A stretch of 63,792 nucleotides of DNA, counting the filler, from Reticulomyxa filosa (Eukaryota; Protista; Foraminifera): NCBI GenBank assembly GCA_000512085.1. It is 23 parts of 23 records of this genome, joined end to end, with 100 filler letters (N's around TTAATTAATTAA, not from the genome) between each part and the next. Parts side by side here need not be neighbours in the genome. Positions count along the whole stretch, not along the records: positions 36,015 to 39,464 come from ASPP01028385.1; positions 39,565 to 40,963 come from ASPP01013367.1; positions 41,064 to 42,527 come from ASPP01012371.1; positions 42,628 to 46,095 come from ASPP01045766.1; positions 46,196 to 48,955 come from ASPP01029050.1; 18 more parts are not named here. One strand, 5' to 3'. The notes under the pieces were generated by a model, which searched no databases, was not told the DNA's origin, and saw only the letters and a program-made list of their open reading frames with translations. Positions 36,861 to 48,955 of the stretch are shown here, piece by piece; the first letter of the stretch is position 1, and the number at the start of each line of letters is the position of its first letter. The translations under genes were made by a program, and so were the position numbers.

Positions 36861-37487
36861 AATGACAAGTTTTAAATTTTGATGAACGGAAAGTTATGAT
36901 TCTGGAAATAAAAACTTACTTCAATTCTGCATAATTTTTTTAAAAATGAAATGACACTCAATGTTTCAAAAGATTACAATTCAATTGTTTTTTTCATATT
37001 TCTTCATACTAAATGAACTTCAATTGTTATTTTACTTTGAAATTCATCAAAATATGCATTATCTAAGCAAACATGATTTTTTTGGACAAAAAAACAAAAT
37101 GTCAGCAGTATATGTTTATCTATATATACATTGATAAAATACTTGTTTTTCAATACATATATAAAAAAGAGAATAAATAAGCAAAAGAACAGTCGAAAAC
37201 ATTGAAAAAAGAAGAAAAAAAAGTAAAAGTTGTGACAATTGAAACAGGAATAAATTTGCAAGATTATTGTAAAAACGAAAAATGTTTAGCAATTAAAGCA
37301 AAGATTACTGTATTAATCTTAAATTTGGTGAGATTTCATTTGATTCCAACAAAATATCTTATAGTTGTCCTGATTGTAATCAACATACAGTGGCATCATT
37401 CATTCAGGACATTCTATTTATGCAAGTGATTGATCATCAAGTAAAAATGACTACAATTATCAACGTAATTATCCAATTCAATCAGGA

Positions 37488-38449
37488 TTGAAAGCAAGTA
37501 AAATCGGGCAACATGCAAAAAGTATTGAATATTTAAGAGAAAGAAGTGAAAAGGCAATGATGAATAATGATATTATCAACTTAGTTGCTGAACTACAAAA
37601 GTATTTGATTAAAGTTGTGAAATCACCAAGTTTGAAAGTGAGTGAAAGATCATTAGAAAAAAGTAAGTTAGATTACAAAGATGATTTTAATCAAGCATTT
37701 GATGTTGAAAGATTTACAATATTATGTGATAATGAAATCTAATTACAGACATCAGTGACTGTAATGAAGAAAGCATAGCAATTTTATTTGATTGTATCTG
37801 AAGATGAAAAATTCTTTGATAGACAATCGAAAACGCATCATCAATTTCATATTATCAAATTGTATGTTCCAAATTATGATGTCTATTTGAAACGCAAGCC
37901 ACTTTAAAAAGATTTACAACATTAGAAAACATTCTGTGATTGAAAATCCAAAATTAATGCATTTATTTTATAAATTGATTCGAGTATGGAAAACAAAAGA
38001 TTCATCAAAAAAAGAAGAGTTAAAATATGCAAGTGATGAAACATTAACCAAAATCAATGATGTTATTTGTAAATGGAATACAAAAATTAGCAAATTGTTA
38101 TAAATCACCTTTGGATATTGAAATATTGAAACCACAATAATTAAGTGAAAAAAGTGAAATTGAAATCGACGATAGTGCACAATTAAAAATTACACAATTT
38201 ACATATGAGCAGAAAGTAAAAAAAAAAGTAATTTATGTGATCTTATATGTATGCCTTGATATAGGCCTTGACATACTTCTTGAAGAAAAACAAATCATTA
38301 CTGAATTGGATATTGATGATTCTCAAGATGAAACAAAAAATATGGATGTGGATAAATGGCAAAAGTATTTCAATGGAGACAGTGTTACTAGATATGTATT
38401 AAGAAAAGTTGGTGATAACAAATATCAATTTCTGCATAAATCATGTTAA
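37488..38449 (+). pseudogene. Decayed gene with a RelA/SpoT-like nucleotidyltransferase domain and a NACHT-associated motif
   Basis: LKVSERSLEKSKLDY...FDVERFTILC...(F)ETQ...HLFYKLIRVW, and later LRKVGDNKYQFLHKSC. Stops and frameshifts throughout. Confidence 0.6.
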
Positions 38450-39137
38450 AAATTAAAGTTGTCAATGAACTTGCAAATTTCATTGTGATAACTGGAAGAA
38501 AGATTTAAATCCAACTTAAAATTTATTTCTGACAACTATTCAGTTTTCTTTAATATTGCCACATTTGTTTATTTTTTGTTTTGTGACAGTTGCCAACTTT
38601 TGTTTTCTTTTAAGTGGTGCCATGACTTAAACTTGCTTTTGTTTGCATTTTGGGGTATAGTCAGGTGCTCAAAATCAGTGTAGTAGTCTAACGACTTCAC
38701 AGCTATCATAGTGCAAAAGCATCAAAAAAAATTGATTGGATTTAAATTTATGTATTGGTAAATAATTCATTGATATTGAATATTTTTTATTTAATCAAAG
38801 ATGATATTATTTTTGAAACTAAAATATAATTATTTATTGCACACAGCTACAGCATAGACAGAATATCTTAAAATTAACTTACTGGATCTCTTTATTTGAT
38901 TGTATTTTTTTGAATTATTGATTTATATCTTGCAATTTGAATACAATTTTCATTTATTATGGTTTTGAATTCTTTGAACAAAACTTTTTCAATTTTTTTA
39001 AGCAATAAAATAAGATAAAACACATTTTTCAATGCTTGCATTCAATCAAATCAAACAAGTTTAATATCAACTTATTTTCTTTTAATCAAACTTTTCAAAC
39101 AAAAACACTATCATTTCTTGTTCAACAAAAAAGGAAA

Positions 39138-39464
39138 TTATCCCCAAATACGAATGTTACCTCCATTTGAACCATAACACAAATTCAAATCATATTTGAC
39201 ATTATTTATCTCCTTTTTCTTTTTCAATCCAATAAATGTAAGACAATATATTCCATAATCTTCATTATCATCTCCTTTGATCATATACAATTCATTCTTA
39301 TTTGATCGAATATCCCAAAATCGAATTGTATTATCAAGTGATCCAGAGCATATCACATTTGAATTACCAATAACATTCTTTGTTACAAATGGTGAATATT
39401 CAACAGACCATACAATATCGGTATGTCCATTGAACACTTGAATTTGTTCACCAGATCGAATATC
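39138..39464 (-). CDS. WD40-repeat protein C-terminus (same family as 36382-36860)
   Basis: DIRSGEQIQVFNGHTDIVWSVEYSPF...ICSGSLDNTIRFWDIR...LCYGSNGGNIRIWG*. Confidence 0.88.
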   Translation of the reverse strand, partial: DIRSGEQIQVFNGHTDIVWSVEYSPFVTKNVIGNSNVICSGSLDNTIRFWDIRSNKNELYMIKGDDNEDYGIYCLTFIGLKKKKEINNVKYDLNLCYGSNGGNIRIWG

Positions 39465-39669
39465 NNNNNNNNNNNNNNNNNNNNNNNNNNNNNNNNNNNN
39501 NNNNNNNNTTAATTAATTAANNNNNNNNNNNNNNNNNNNNNNNNNNNNNNNNNNNNNNNNNNNNACGTACACACTAAGTTTTTTTACAAAAAAAAAAAAA
39601 AAAAATTATTATTCTTTTTCTTTCCTCCTTTCTTGTGAACTTTTATAAGTAATTGAATGTGCTGTCTTG

Positions 39670-40940
39670 ATGGGATGGGGGATTGGGTGAAGGAATTGAT
39701 AGAAGTATACGAAAGCAAACCAGAACTATTAACCCCCGAGTTTACCGGAAAAATCTTAAGTTCAGTGATCCAGTTGGCACCAGACCGGATCGACTTTGTA
39801 TCGTATTTGCTGAAGACGCCAGGAATATCGGTATTGGACGCATTGGAGCAAGCATACGTGCGCAAAAACCATCGACTGATACGACTGCTGACGTTTTACC
39901 AAATGGATCTAAAGATGCGTCAGCAAATCGAATCGTATGCGAAAAAGTATAACGAAAGTTTGGGACTAATAAACGCGTTGGACGATTTTTTGCAGGAACG
40001 ATTTTTGAAGAAATCGGCATTGAATGGATGGAAAAGCAGTCCAAAAGACTTTGAGAATTTTATGAACGTGTTGCAAGAGATGGTAATTTATTGTGTGGAA
40101 AAGACATACCCGATATCACAAGACATACTGCTGTTGGTTTGGCATTACCAAGAGAACAACTGCATGTCCAAAGGGGACGACACGGGCGAACAGTTGGCAA
40201 AGACCACACTGATGGCCGGACTCGGCAGCGAAGAAAAGCAGGAGTTTGAAGAAAGCGCAATGCCGAAATTGAAGCGTGCTCAAAGTGACTTGGACTTGAT
40301 GAAAAGCTCGTTGTGGAAGTGCATTGAAAAAAAACTGTCGAGCATTTTGGAAAAGGAGGTGTGCGATACCATTAAGGGGGATGTATGCAACAAAATGAAA
40401 CAACAAGTTGAATGGCATTGGTTTGAAAAAAATTGGCTTAATAGCGTCTTGTGGTTGGAGAAAATTTATCCTAACATTGTGTCGGCCAAAAGCCTGCATT
40501 TGGAGAGATCTTTATCACCTCCAAGATCTATCTTATTAGGAGATGAAGATGAGGATAATAATAATAATAATAATAATAATATTGCAGAAGTACCTTTTGA
40601 ATTAATTAGCTCCCATCCTTCATTAATCGATGACGAACCTGCCCTTTGGACCAGAAACTTGGATCGCTTCAAAATGTTTCAAATGGGATTGTTCAACGAG
40701 GAAACCAAACCCTTGGCGGCCGCCGTCCAAAGCAAACAGGCCAGCCAGGAAAAACCGAAGCTGCTTTACAACCAGTTGATGACCATTGGCGACACACAGC
40801 TGGAAAAAGTGCGAAAGGCGTTGGCCAAAGAAATGAAAGTCCTCATTGAAAAGCACCCCGAAGATTGGAGATCCATTGTCCAATATCGTCCCCCGCTCCT
40901 TCTGAAAGGTTCAATTAGTAACAATTTAAATTATGTATGA
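39670..40940 (+). CDS. Hypothetical helical protein, internal exon
   Basis: 427-codon ORF with natural composition and a poly-N tract, flanked by AT-rich intron-like sequence. Confidence 0.65.
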
Positions 40941-41063
40941 ATCCTCTTTTTTTTTTTTGAATTNNNNNNNNNNNNNNNNNNNNNNNNNNNNNNNNNNNNN
41001 NNNNNNNTTAATTAATTAANNNNNNNNNNNNNNNNNNNNNNNNNNNNNNNNNNNNNNNNNNNN

Positions 41064-42400
41064 TTATACAGATTGACAACTCCATCTTCACTTCCAGTCG
41101 CTAAATAAGGCAAAACAGACGAGAACTGAGCAGTGTGCACGTAATCGCTATGGACATTGCCCCAATGATGTTTACACGTACACTTGTAAATCAAGGGTTT
41201 TTGTGAGTGTGTTTCGCAAATGACATCCCGACTGTTTTGCAGCCGTAGCATGCGAAAGCCATGTCCATAAGGAGTAACAATGATATTTCCGGTGCAGTCA
41301 AAGGAAGATTCTTTGAGAACGGAATGATTGGCACTGTTGTGTCCGGTCCTCTCTAAATGCAAAGATTTTTCCCACATTTTTCGGTGTTGCAGTTTCGAAT
41401 TTAATACGTTGATCTTCCACCACAAGCGATCAACACCACTTTGAACAGAGTCATCATGAATGTTTGCTGAAATCATTTGAGCGGTTTCATCGACTATTCA
41501 CAAATGTATGGCATGGCATAATAAAAGAATAATGATATAATATATACTGTGGATGTGATGTAATTTATAATATATTTCATTCGTTCTCACTCAAAAAGAA
41601 TAATGGAAACAACAACAGTTACTTACGATCATGATCCCAAAAGAATAAAATATTATCTCCATCTCGCACATAAGTGTCATGATTATCATCATTGTTATCA
41701 TTATGATCATTGTTATCATTATGATCATTGCTATCATTATCATCATTGCTATCATTATCATCATTGTTATCGTTGTCATCATTGTCATTATCACCATTAT
41801 CAGAATTGCCGTCATTGCCATCGTACATATCGTCATGTTCACACAAGTAGTCTTGTAGCTGCAGATCCGAGTCAATTCTGCCTGGCTTTTTTGCAATATA
41901 TCTCGAACATACTCCAAATCGTCAAATGAGTAAGAGCCACAAGGCATTTGCTCGGCTGGAGGCATTTGCACTCCCAAGTCGTCCAAAGATATCCACACAT
42001 AACTGCTGTCCTCATTTTCTTTTGTTTTGCTTTGCAAATTCCTTTCCTTGCTTCGAAGAGTCCACTCTTTTCTCAGTTTGGCGTAGATGTTGTTGCGAGC
42101 GGACGAGTTTCTCAAATCAAACACAGAAAGACTGTCAATGACCTTTATAAACCGCTCGCCCAAAACAGAGTGTTCAATGGCCATGGCCATAAACTGAGCT
42201 TGGTCAAGCTGCCACCGTTCTCGGTCCAGCAAGCGCGTGCCACCGTCTTCTTCCAGAAACGCGTCGATGGATTTCTCTTCCACCTCTTTTTCCTTGTCTT
42301 CTTCACGCAGCCATCCGGACTGTTTTTGCTGTTCCATTTCAAATAGTTTTTGATGAGTGTTTCCTCGAGCCAACAAATAATCTCCGTTTGGGGATATCTA
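41064..42400 (-). CDS. WD40 protein, DCAF10/WDR32-like, partial, spliced
   Basis: LKESSFDCTGNIIVTPYGHGFRML and HSDYVHTAQFSSVLPYLATGSEDGVVNLY resemble the last blades of DCAF10. D/N-rich insert. One homopolymer frameshift near 41890. Confidence 0.6.
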
Positions 42401-42627
42401 TTCGTCCAAACAAATGAAAATAAAAATAAAAAAAAATATAAACAAAATAAATAAATAAATATATATATATATATATATATATAAATATATACACATATAT
42501 TATATTATATTTATATTTGTTTATATANNNNNNNNNNNNNNNNNNNNNNNNNNNNNNNNNNNNNNNNNNNNTTAATTAATTAANNNNNNNNNNNNNNNNN
42601 NNNNNNNNNNNNNNNNNNNNNNNNNNN

Positions 42628-44417
42628 AGAGATAGAGATAGAGATAGAAGAAATCGAAGAAGTGGTGATAACAGTAGTGTAGATAATGATAACTCCACGA
42701 ATAGTAAAGAACATGTGCTTACTGAAATTAAAAAAAAATTTGACATTCGACTGCACAGTGGATATCGCCAGCAATTGCTCGAAAAGAAAATGGAAAAAGA
42801 TAAAGTGGGCAAAGATCCCGTTGTCCTAAACAAAGAAGAAGCCAAACAGGTGTACTTGTCCACAAAAGTGTTGAGTGCACAACAAGAATATGCCTTGAAG
42901 CAAAACGAACAAGTGCGCAAATATCGTGAACAAACGCAATTGTTGTCCGTCAAAGATCGCATTGCACAACAGAAACAAATGATGCTCTTCAAAAAACAAA
43001 TGCAAATTACCTCGACCCTGCCATCACCCATCACTACCATCTCTGTTCCTATCCCTACTTCTGCTTCTACTGTTCCCATTGAAGGCAATACTGCTACTGC
43101 GTCTGTTGCTTCTTCTTTTTATCCTCCAAATGTCATCCCAATTAACACAGGTACAAAAAAAAAAAAAAAAAAACGAGAAATTTTTTAAATTGAAAAAAAC
43201 TTAGATGAATTCGGAAACGTTGTCCCATTGGCCCCAACAGATCCCTCTGCATTGAATACGGTAACTCGGTTGGCGGAGTTTGTAAATGAATATGGGACGG
43301 GTTTAGAGGAACAGGTGATTTTTAATCAAAGAAACGAACCAGAGTTCAGGTAAAATAATAACAATAATAATAATAATAAATAATAAATGTAAATTGACAG
43401 AGATATGTGTGTATGGATGTTAGTTGGATCACAGATCATTCCAGTGTGGAATATGTATACTATCGCTACTTGCTAAACAAACTCGCAAAAGTGAACCCGT
43501 CACAGCAACAAATACCAAAACCCGAGACACCCTCTTCGCCTTCAACAACTACTGTACCTGTACCTGTTCCTGCTCCTGTCCCTTCTCCTTCCCATTCATC
43601 CAATAAAAGCTCCATACCAGCATTATCTCATGCAATGTCTGTTGACCCTCCAAGTGATGACAACTCTAATCACAACAACAACAACAACAACAACAAGTCG
43701 AAAATACCACGACGAAGTCGTTTTCGTAGCAGGCAACCAAGTGAAATGGCTGTATCTCCATCCAACACTGAATCTAGTAACAGCAATACGAGAAATGACT
43801 ATAGCCGATCTCACCGAGTTTCAAAAACAAAAAAAGATATCCCTTCCCCTTGTTAGGTCAAAGGACACAAAATTATTTGCCTTGATATATAGAGATCCGA
43901 CGCTAGTCCAAGTGACAAGAGACACCGACGAGAACGAAGCCTCGAGAGATCTCAAAAAAGTGAAGAGAGTGACCACGACAAACATCGGCCCAGATTCCGT
44001 GAAGGGAATACCGAAGAACAAGAAGATAACGAAGACCATATATTGGCAGGAGTTTTGGCTGGACATCCCGACAGTGAAAATCAGCATGAAGACTTAGCGA
44101 AAATGGATGCTTATGTAGATTCTTTGCATCAAAAAGAACAAGAAAAATTGAAATCCATCGATCGCAGAAAAACAAATGTCAATCATCCTGGACATCACAT
44201 TGGCGACTTTTTACCCAATTCTGCGTTGGTAGAGTTCAGAGCACGTGCAGATAACCAAAGATCACAGCACAGAGCCGACGGAAACAAACCTTGGGATCCT
44301 TCGCCAGAAGATGATGAATACACACTTTATAAAAAACGAATGATGCTGGCTTATAGACATAGACCAAATCCTTTAGTTAATTTTACAAAAGATAAAGCAT
44401 TAGATTATCACAACTAA
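42628..44417 (+). CDS. SUGP1: SUGP1/SF4-like splicing factor (SURP domain, no G-patch), 5'-partial
   Basis: SURP domain TRLAEFVNEYGTGLEE...NEPEFSWI...EYVYYRYLL spans intron 43350-43423. HHIGDFLP and EDDEYTLYKKRMMLAYRHRPNPL match the SUGP1 C-terminal signatures. Other introns at 43151-43204 and 43818-43892. Confidence 0.85.
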
Positions 44418-45027
44418 TTTTTTTTGTGGTTAAATCAATAGGGTAATCCGCGCAAAGAGTATTATTGAAAAGTAACACCATAAATAACTTATAATGGTAA
44501 GATGAATAGATTGTTGTGTGAGCTCTCATGTTTTCTTTTAAAGTTCTGATGAGCAATTCTGTATTTGATAACGCTGTCACACCGTAACTGTGTTTCAAGT
44601 GAGTCTTTCTTGAAGACTTTTGAATTTCTATCATGAAGCTAATCACTTCTAGTTCAAAGAGTGAAAAATTATTTGCTTTTTATTCTTTGAAATACTAATT
44701 TAGATTTTAAAAAAGTTTTCCTGAGATAGATTTCATTCACAAAAGCCTTTATTTGATCCAATTTATATTTAATATCGCTTGCAAAAGAACTGTTCAAATA
44801 CTGAACAGAAAGCACGAAGTCCTAAACAACCTTTTTTCTTCCCAGCTTGTTTTTTTTGCGGTTGTCGGTGTGCAAGTCGGTCAAAAAAAAGAGTTGAAGA
44901 CTGGCAAAATTTGAAGTCACTGTTATGTTTCGACAAGATTAGAATTAGATAGTTGTTTGTGTTGCAAAAAAATTGAAAAAAAACCCGTTTTTTAAGTTTA
45001 AAAGTTGTTCTAAATCTTTTGAGAATA

Positions 45028-46070
45028 ATGACGGAGACTCTACCTCAAGCTAATACAAATCCTTGTACTGACTCCTCCCCTCTTGTTGCTGGGGAATCTT
45101 TTCGTAATTTGGTAAGCAAAGAAGATGAAAAAGAAAAAGAAAGTTTGAATACTGCAGATGAAAGCAGTATGGAAAATGCACCTAATGAAGAAAATGAATC
45201 AAGTATGTTAAATACAATGGAAAGACTAAAATCAATGGCAGTAAATGGACTGGAACATGCAGATAAAATGATGACAGTGCCAATGAAAATGATGGATGAA
45301 TTATTTGACTCCAGTTTTTTTTTTTTAAAAAAAGATATATATTATTAATAATATATATGTATAAAAAAAGTGATAGAAAAAGAAGATTGTAAAATTGATC
45401 CAAGAACAGTAATGCCAATGATAAAATTAAATATAAAATCTCAAGAATCATCTCATGAATCAATATGTAAGATAAAGGGAAAAATATGGACAAGTATATC
45501 TTCTTATAAAGAAGATGATGAAATTTTTATAATTCATGACTCTGATGCAATGGTATAATAAATATTGTAAAAGAAAAAGAGTTTTTAAAAAAAATAAAAA
45601 ATAAAAAATAATAATAGGAATCAGCTGTAATATATGATACAAATATAAATATTATTAATCAAACAAATGGAATAACTGGAGGAACATTACAAATTGTTTC
45701 TGGATTAGTAGTTAATCCATTAAAAGGAGCAAGTGATTTATTTGTAGAACCATATCAACACGTTAAAGCAGATCCAAGTTTAGAATCAGCTGGAAAAGGA
45801 TTATTAAAGGGAACAAAGTCATTATTAATGGCTCCATTGAATATTATTGCAGATACATTAGGAGGGACGAAAAAAATTGTTGATGGAATTTTGGATGCTC
45901 CACAAGCAATATCTAATTTGACTAATGGACTTAAATTTAATATATTTTGTGGTTGGACTATGGCTTATTCAGTTTCTGAATTAAATGAATTTCCTGGAAA
46001 TATTGGAGATATTATTGTTATTGATTATCATGTATCTACATATTACATGATTAAACTTGATTCTTTAACG
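45028..46070 (+). CDS. Hypothetical protein with Gly-rich amphipathic segment (ATG_C-like), multi-exon, partial
   Basis: Exon at ~45620-46070 reads GITGGTLQIVSGLVVNPLKGASDLFVEPY...AGKGLLKGTKSLLMAP. Confidence 0.5.
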
Positions 46071-46379
46071 TTATGTAATTTATATATATATATATNNNNN
46101 NNNNNNNNNNNNNNNNNNNNNNNNNNNNNNNNNNNNNNNTTAATTAATTAANNNNNNNNNNNNNNNNNNNNNNNNNNNNNNNNNNNNNNNNNNNNCTTGC
46201 CCATTTCCATTTGCACACCTTTAAATACCTATTCAAAAAATTCAAGCAACACATACCACATATTATAAAGATGTTTTATGTTAAATATGTACGCATACAA
46301 AAAAAACTTTTTCAAGTAATGGACCTAAGTACGATTACAGCGTCAGGTAGCAGGAAAGAGACAGACCCACTGATTATCA

Positions 46380-48955
46380 ATCAAATACCTTGAGTTTTTG
46401 TGTTGGAATGAGAATTGATTTAAATGATAATGCTTCCATCAAGTATGAACAATTGAACCGACTTGAAGGAAGCTATATCACTGAAATGTTCTTCCCCAAG
46501 AGCTACCATTTCTTTGAGTGGCGGTCTTGTCAATGGTAGAACACTCCATTTTTTGAATTCGATTAATTCGGTTTTTGGCAACCGAAAAATTCATTCGTAT
46601 CCACAGCGACTCACTTCTTTGAGATGAAAGAGTAGAGATGAAAGATGATAGAGGAGAGATGATAGAGAATAGAAGGGGCTCGGCTGCTGACATAAAATAT
46701 TGCTCACGTATTCACTCAGCAGGGCCAACGCCATCAACACATTGACAATATCCAAGCCTTTATTTTCATTGATCAAATAATTGAGTGGCTTTTGAATAGT
46801 CGATCCAATTATTGATTGACACGCACGACCTTGTTGTTTTTGTAATCAATTGCACAACAACATTAGCCCCTTCCGCGCACACACCAACAGCAGCAACACC
46901 CAAATATCGATGCACAAAACAACAGTCCAATATCTTGAACTAATTGATAAAGAAATATAGTAAAACATGGACTGCGTTTCGTGGTCGTCGTCATTATAAT
47001 CTTCGTTGCGCTTGACATTGCCACACACCATCCAGCAGTTTCCATTGGGGGGGGGGCTACTATGTGAAATTGTTAAGGATGCGCAAAGTCGCCACTTATG
47101 TACGTGAAGAGCCATAACCAAAGTAATATCGGCAAACGATCTTTTTTTTTCTTTTTTAAAAACTACTCCAACGATGGTATGGCCTTGGAATAATCTTTTT
47201 CTTCTTTATCATCGTCATTATCCTCATCTTCCTCTTCTTGTTCGCGGATGACATTTGGCTTGAGCATCGCAAAACTAATCCACCAAATTGGAGCCACAAC
47301 AACATCAGGAGAATGGTTCCATGTGAAAGTGGCTTATTCGATCGCAATATGCGATTGTTTCGCATCTTCTTTTTTTCCCATTTCTTCGATTAATCCAGTC
47401 GCTGCTGCTGTGATGATACCATAATGTCGATATCATTATTATTATTTTTTTTTTTTTTGCGCAGTATTTTCACTTTTTCTTTCTGGACCTTGGTGCTGCC
47501 CAACTACGAACGGAAGCAAGCTTATCAAAAACAGAAGGATTGTCCGCAATTGAACTGGGATAATTCTTTTCAACGACTCAAATGCTATCTTATGATGAAT
47601 TTTTTCAAAATACGCTCTTGTCGCTCTTATGATGAGTGACACCACATTGACGTTGGATAATGACCTTTCTTAGAAATTTCTGCATCCCATCAACATGAGT
47701 GTCCATTCGATAATAATTGAATTGGCAATTCAATGACGTAGGGACGGCACCATTCGTATTTTCATTTTTATTATTGGACGTATTCGTTCTTGATGTTCTT
47801 CAGTGCAATAGTTCAACGATTTTTTTGAGTACTCCAAATATCACTACGCGATTCAAAATTTTAAACCACGTTGACTCAAATTGGCGACATTCACTTTATT
47901 GTTTTCCAAGTGCTGAACAGCAGCACGCTCACAAATAAAAATCCAAGTTGCGAATATGCGCACCCATACGATCAATTTCGACACAAATAGTTGGTACTAT
48001 TTTTATAACAACCTTGTCCGTTGGAGCCGATAGATCGAAGCTCGACTCATGTATGGAAACGCAAAGTCTCCACTCGCGGGCGTGAACAGCAAATGACCAA
48101 ACTCCGTAAATCTGGAAGACGAGTTTGTTTGTTTTGTTTTTTTTTTTAAGGATATTCTCTTTCTTATCTTCATCATTATCCTCCTCATACTCATTATCTT
48201 TTCCTTCTTGCTTGGCGATGTGTTTGACGGAGTTTCGCATAACTCCTCCACTAAATTGAACCACTCTCATGGAATGACTCTCCTGATGTGGTGGTTATTT
48301 TCTCGATCGCCATAAATGTGCATTTTTTAACAACTTCTTCGCCTTCCAATTCTTATCTGTCGCCGTTGCGATACTACAATGTCGTATTGTTTCTACTTTG
48401 CGCGTGTTACCACCTCTTTTTTTTTTTCGTCTTGGTGAGCTTGCTTTCGTCTGGCGGCACCAAGATCTCGATTGTCCGGGATTGATTTGTGAAAGTCTTA
48501 TCTACGATAGCTGATGGACTTTCTATTTGAAACATCATCGCTTTTTTGTAATGAGAGACATAGTTTGCGCTGGTATTTCCAGTATATACAAAGTTTCAAT
48601 TGGCAATCTAACGATGGAGGTAGTATCATTATTATTTATCTTTTTTCACTCTTGGGCATATTCGCTGCTTCTTTGGCATATGCACGATCTAAACACCAAA
48701 TTTGCGAATGTGTGCACGCAAACGATCAATTTTTTTTTTTTGCGCTCATAAAAGTAGAGCCATTTCCATAACAATTGACTTTCACTCGTTTTTGAGCCTG
48801 TAGATCAAAATCTTTGGCGATTTGCAAGTCAACAATTATTTGTAGATGCTTGTATGCTGACGTTGACTGTCACCAAATTCTTTACAACGCTTCGGGTTGC
48901 CAACTCTATGCATTGCCACACTTGTTCTGCGTCTTCCATTGGAGCACGCTATTGG
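46380..48955 (-). pseudogene. Decayed large coding sequence, family not recognised
   Basis: Coding-like composition and protein-like segments hop between frames with many stops (e.g. 47929-48270, 48003-48251, 47442-47645, 46591-46776). Confidence 0.4.

Noticed and set aside
36382-38449. Alternative genetic code or stop readthrough
   Set aside because: All three stop types and frameshifts occur together here, while intact genes such as TYW1 read cleanly in the standard code.
41603-41929. His/Cys/Tyr-rich metal-binding peptide ORF (and the Met/Ile-rich frame on the other strand)
   Set aside because: Both are alternative readings of the Asp/Asn-rich trinucleotide insert in the WD40 gene.
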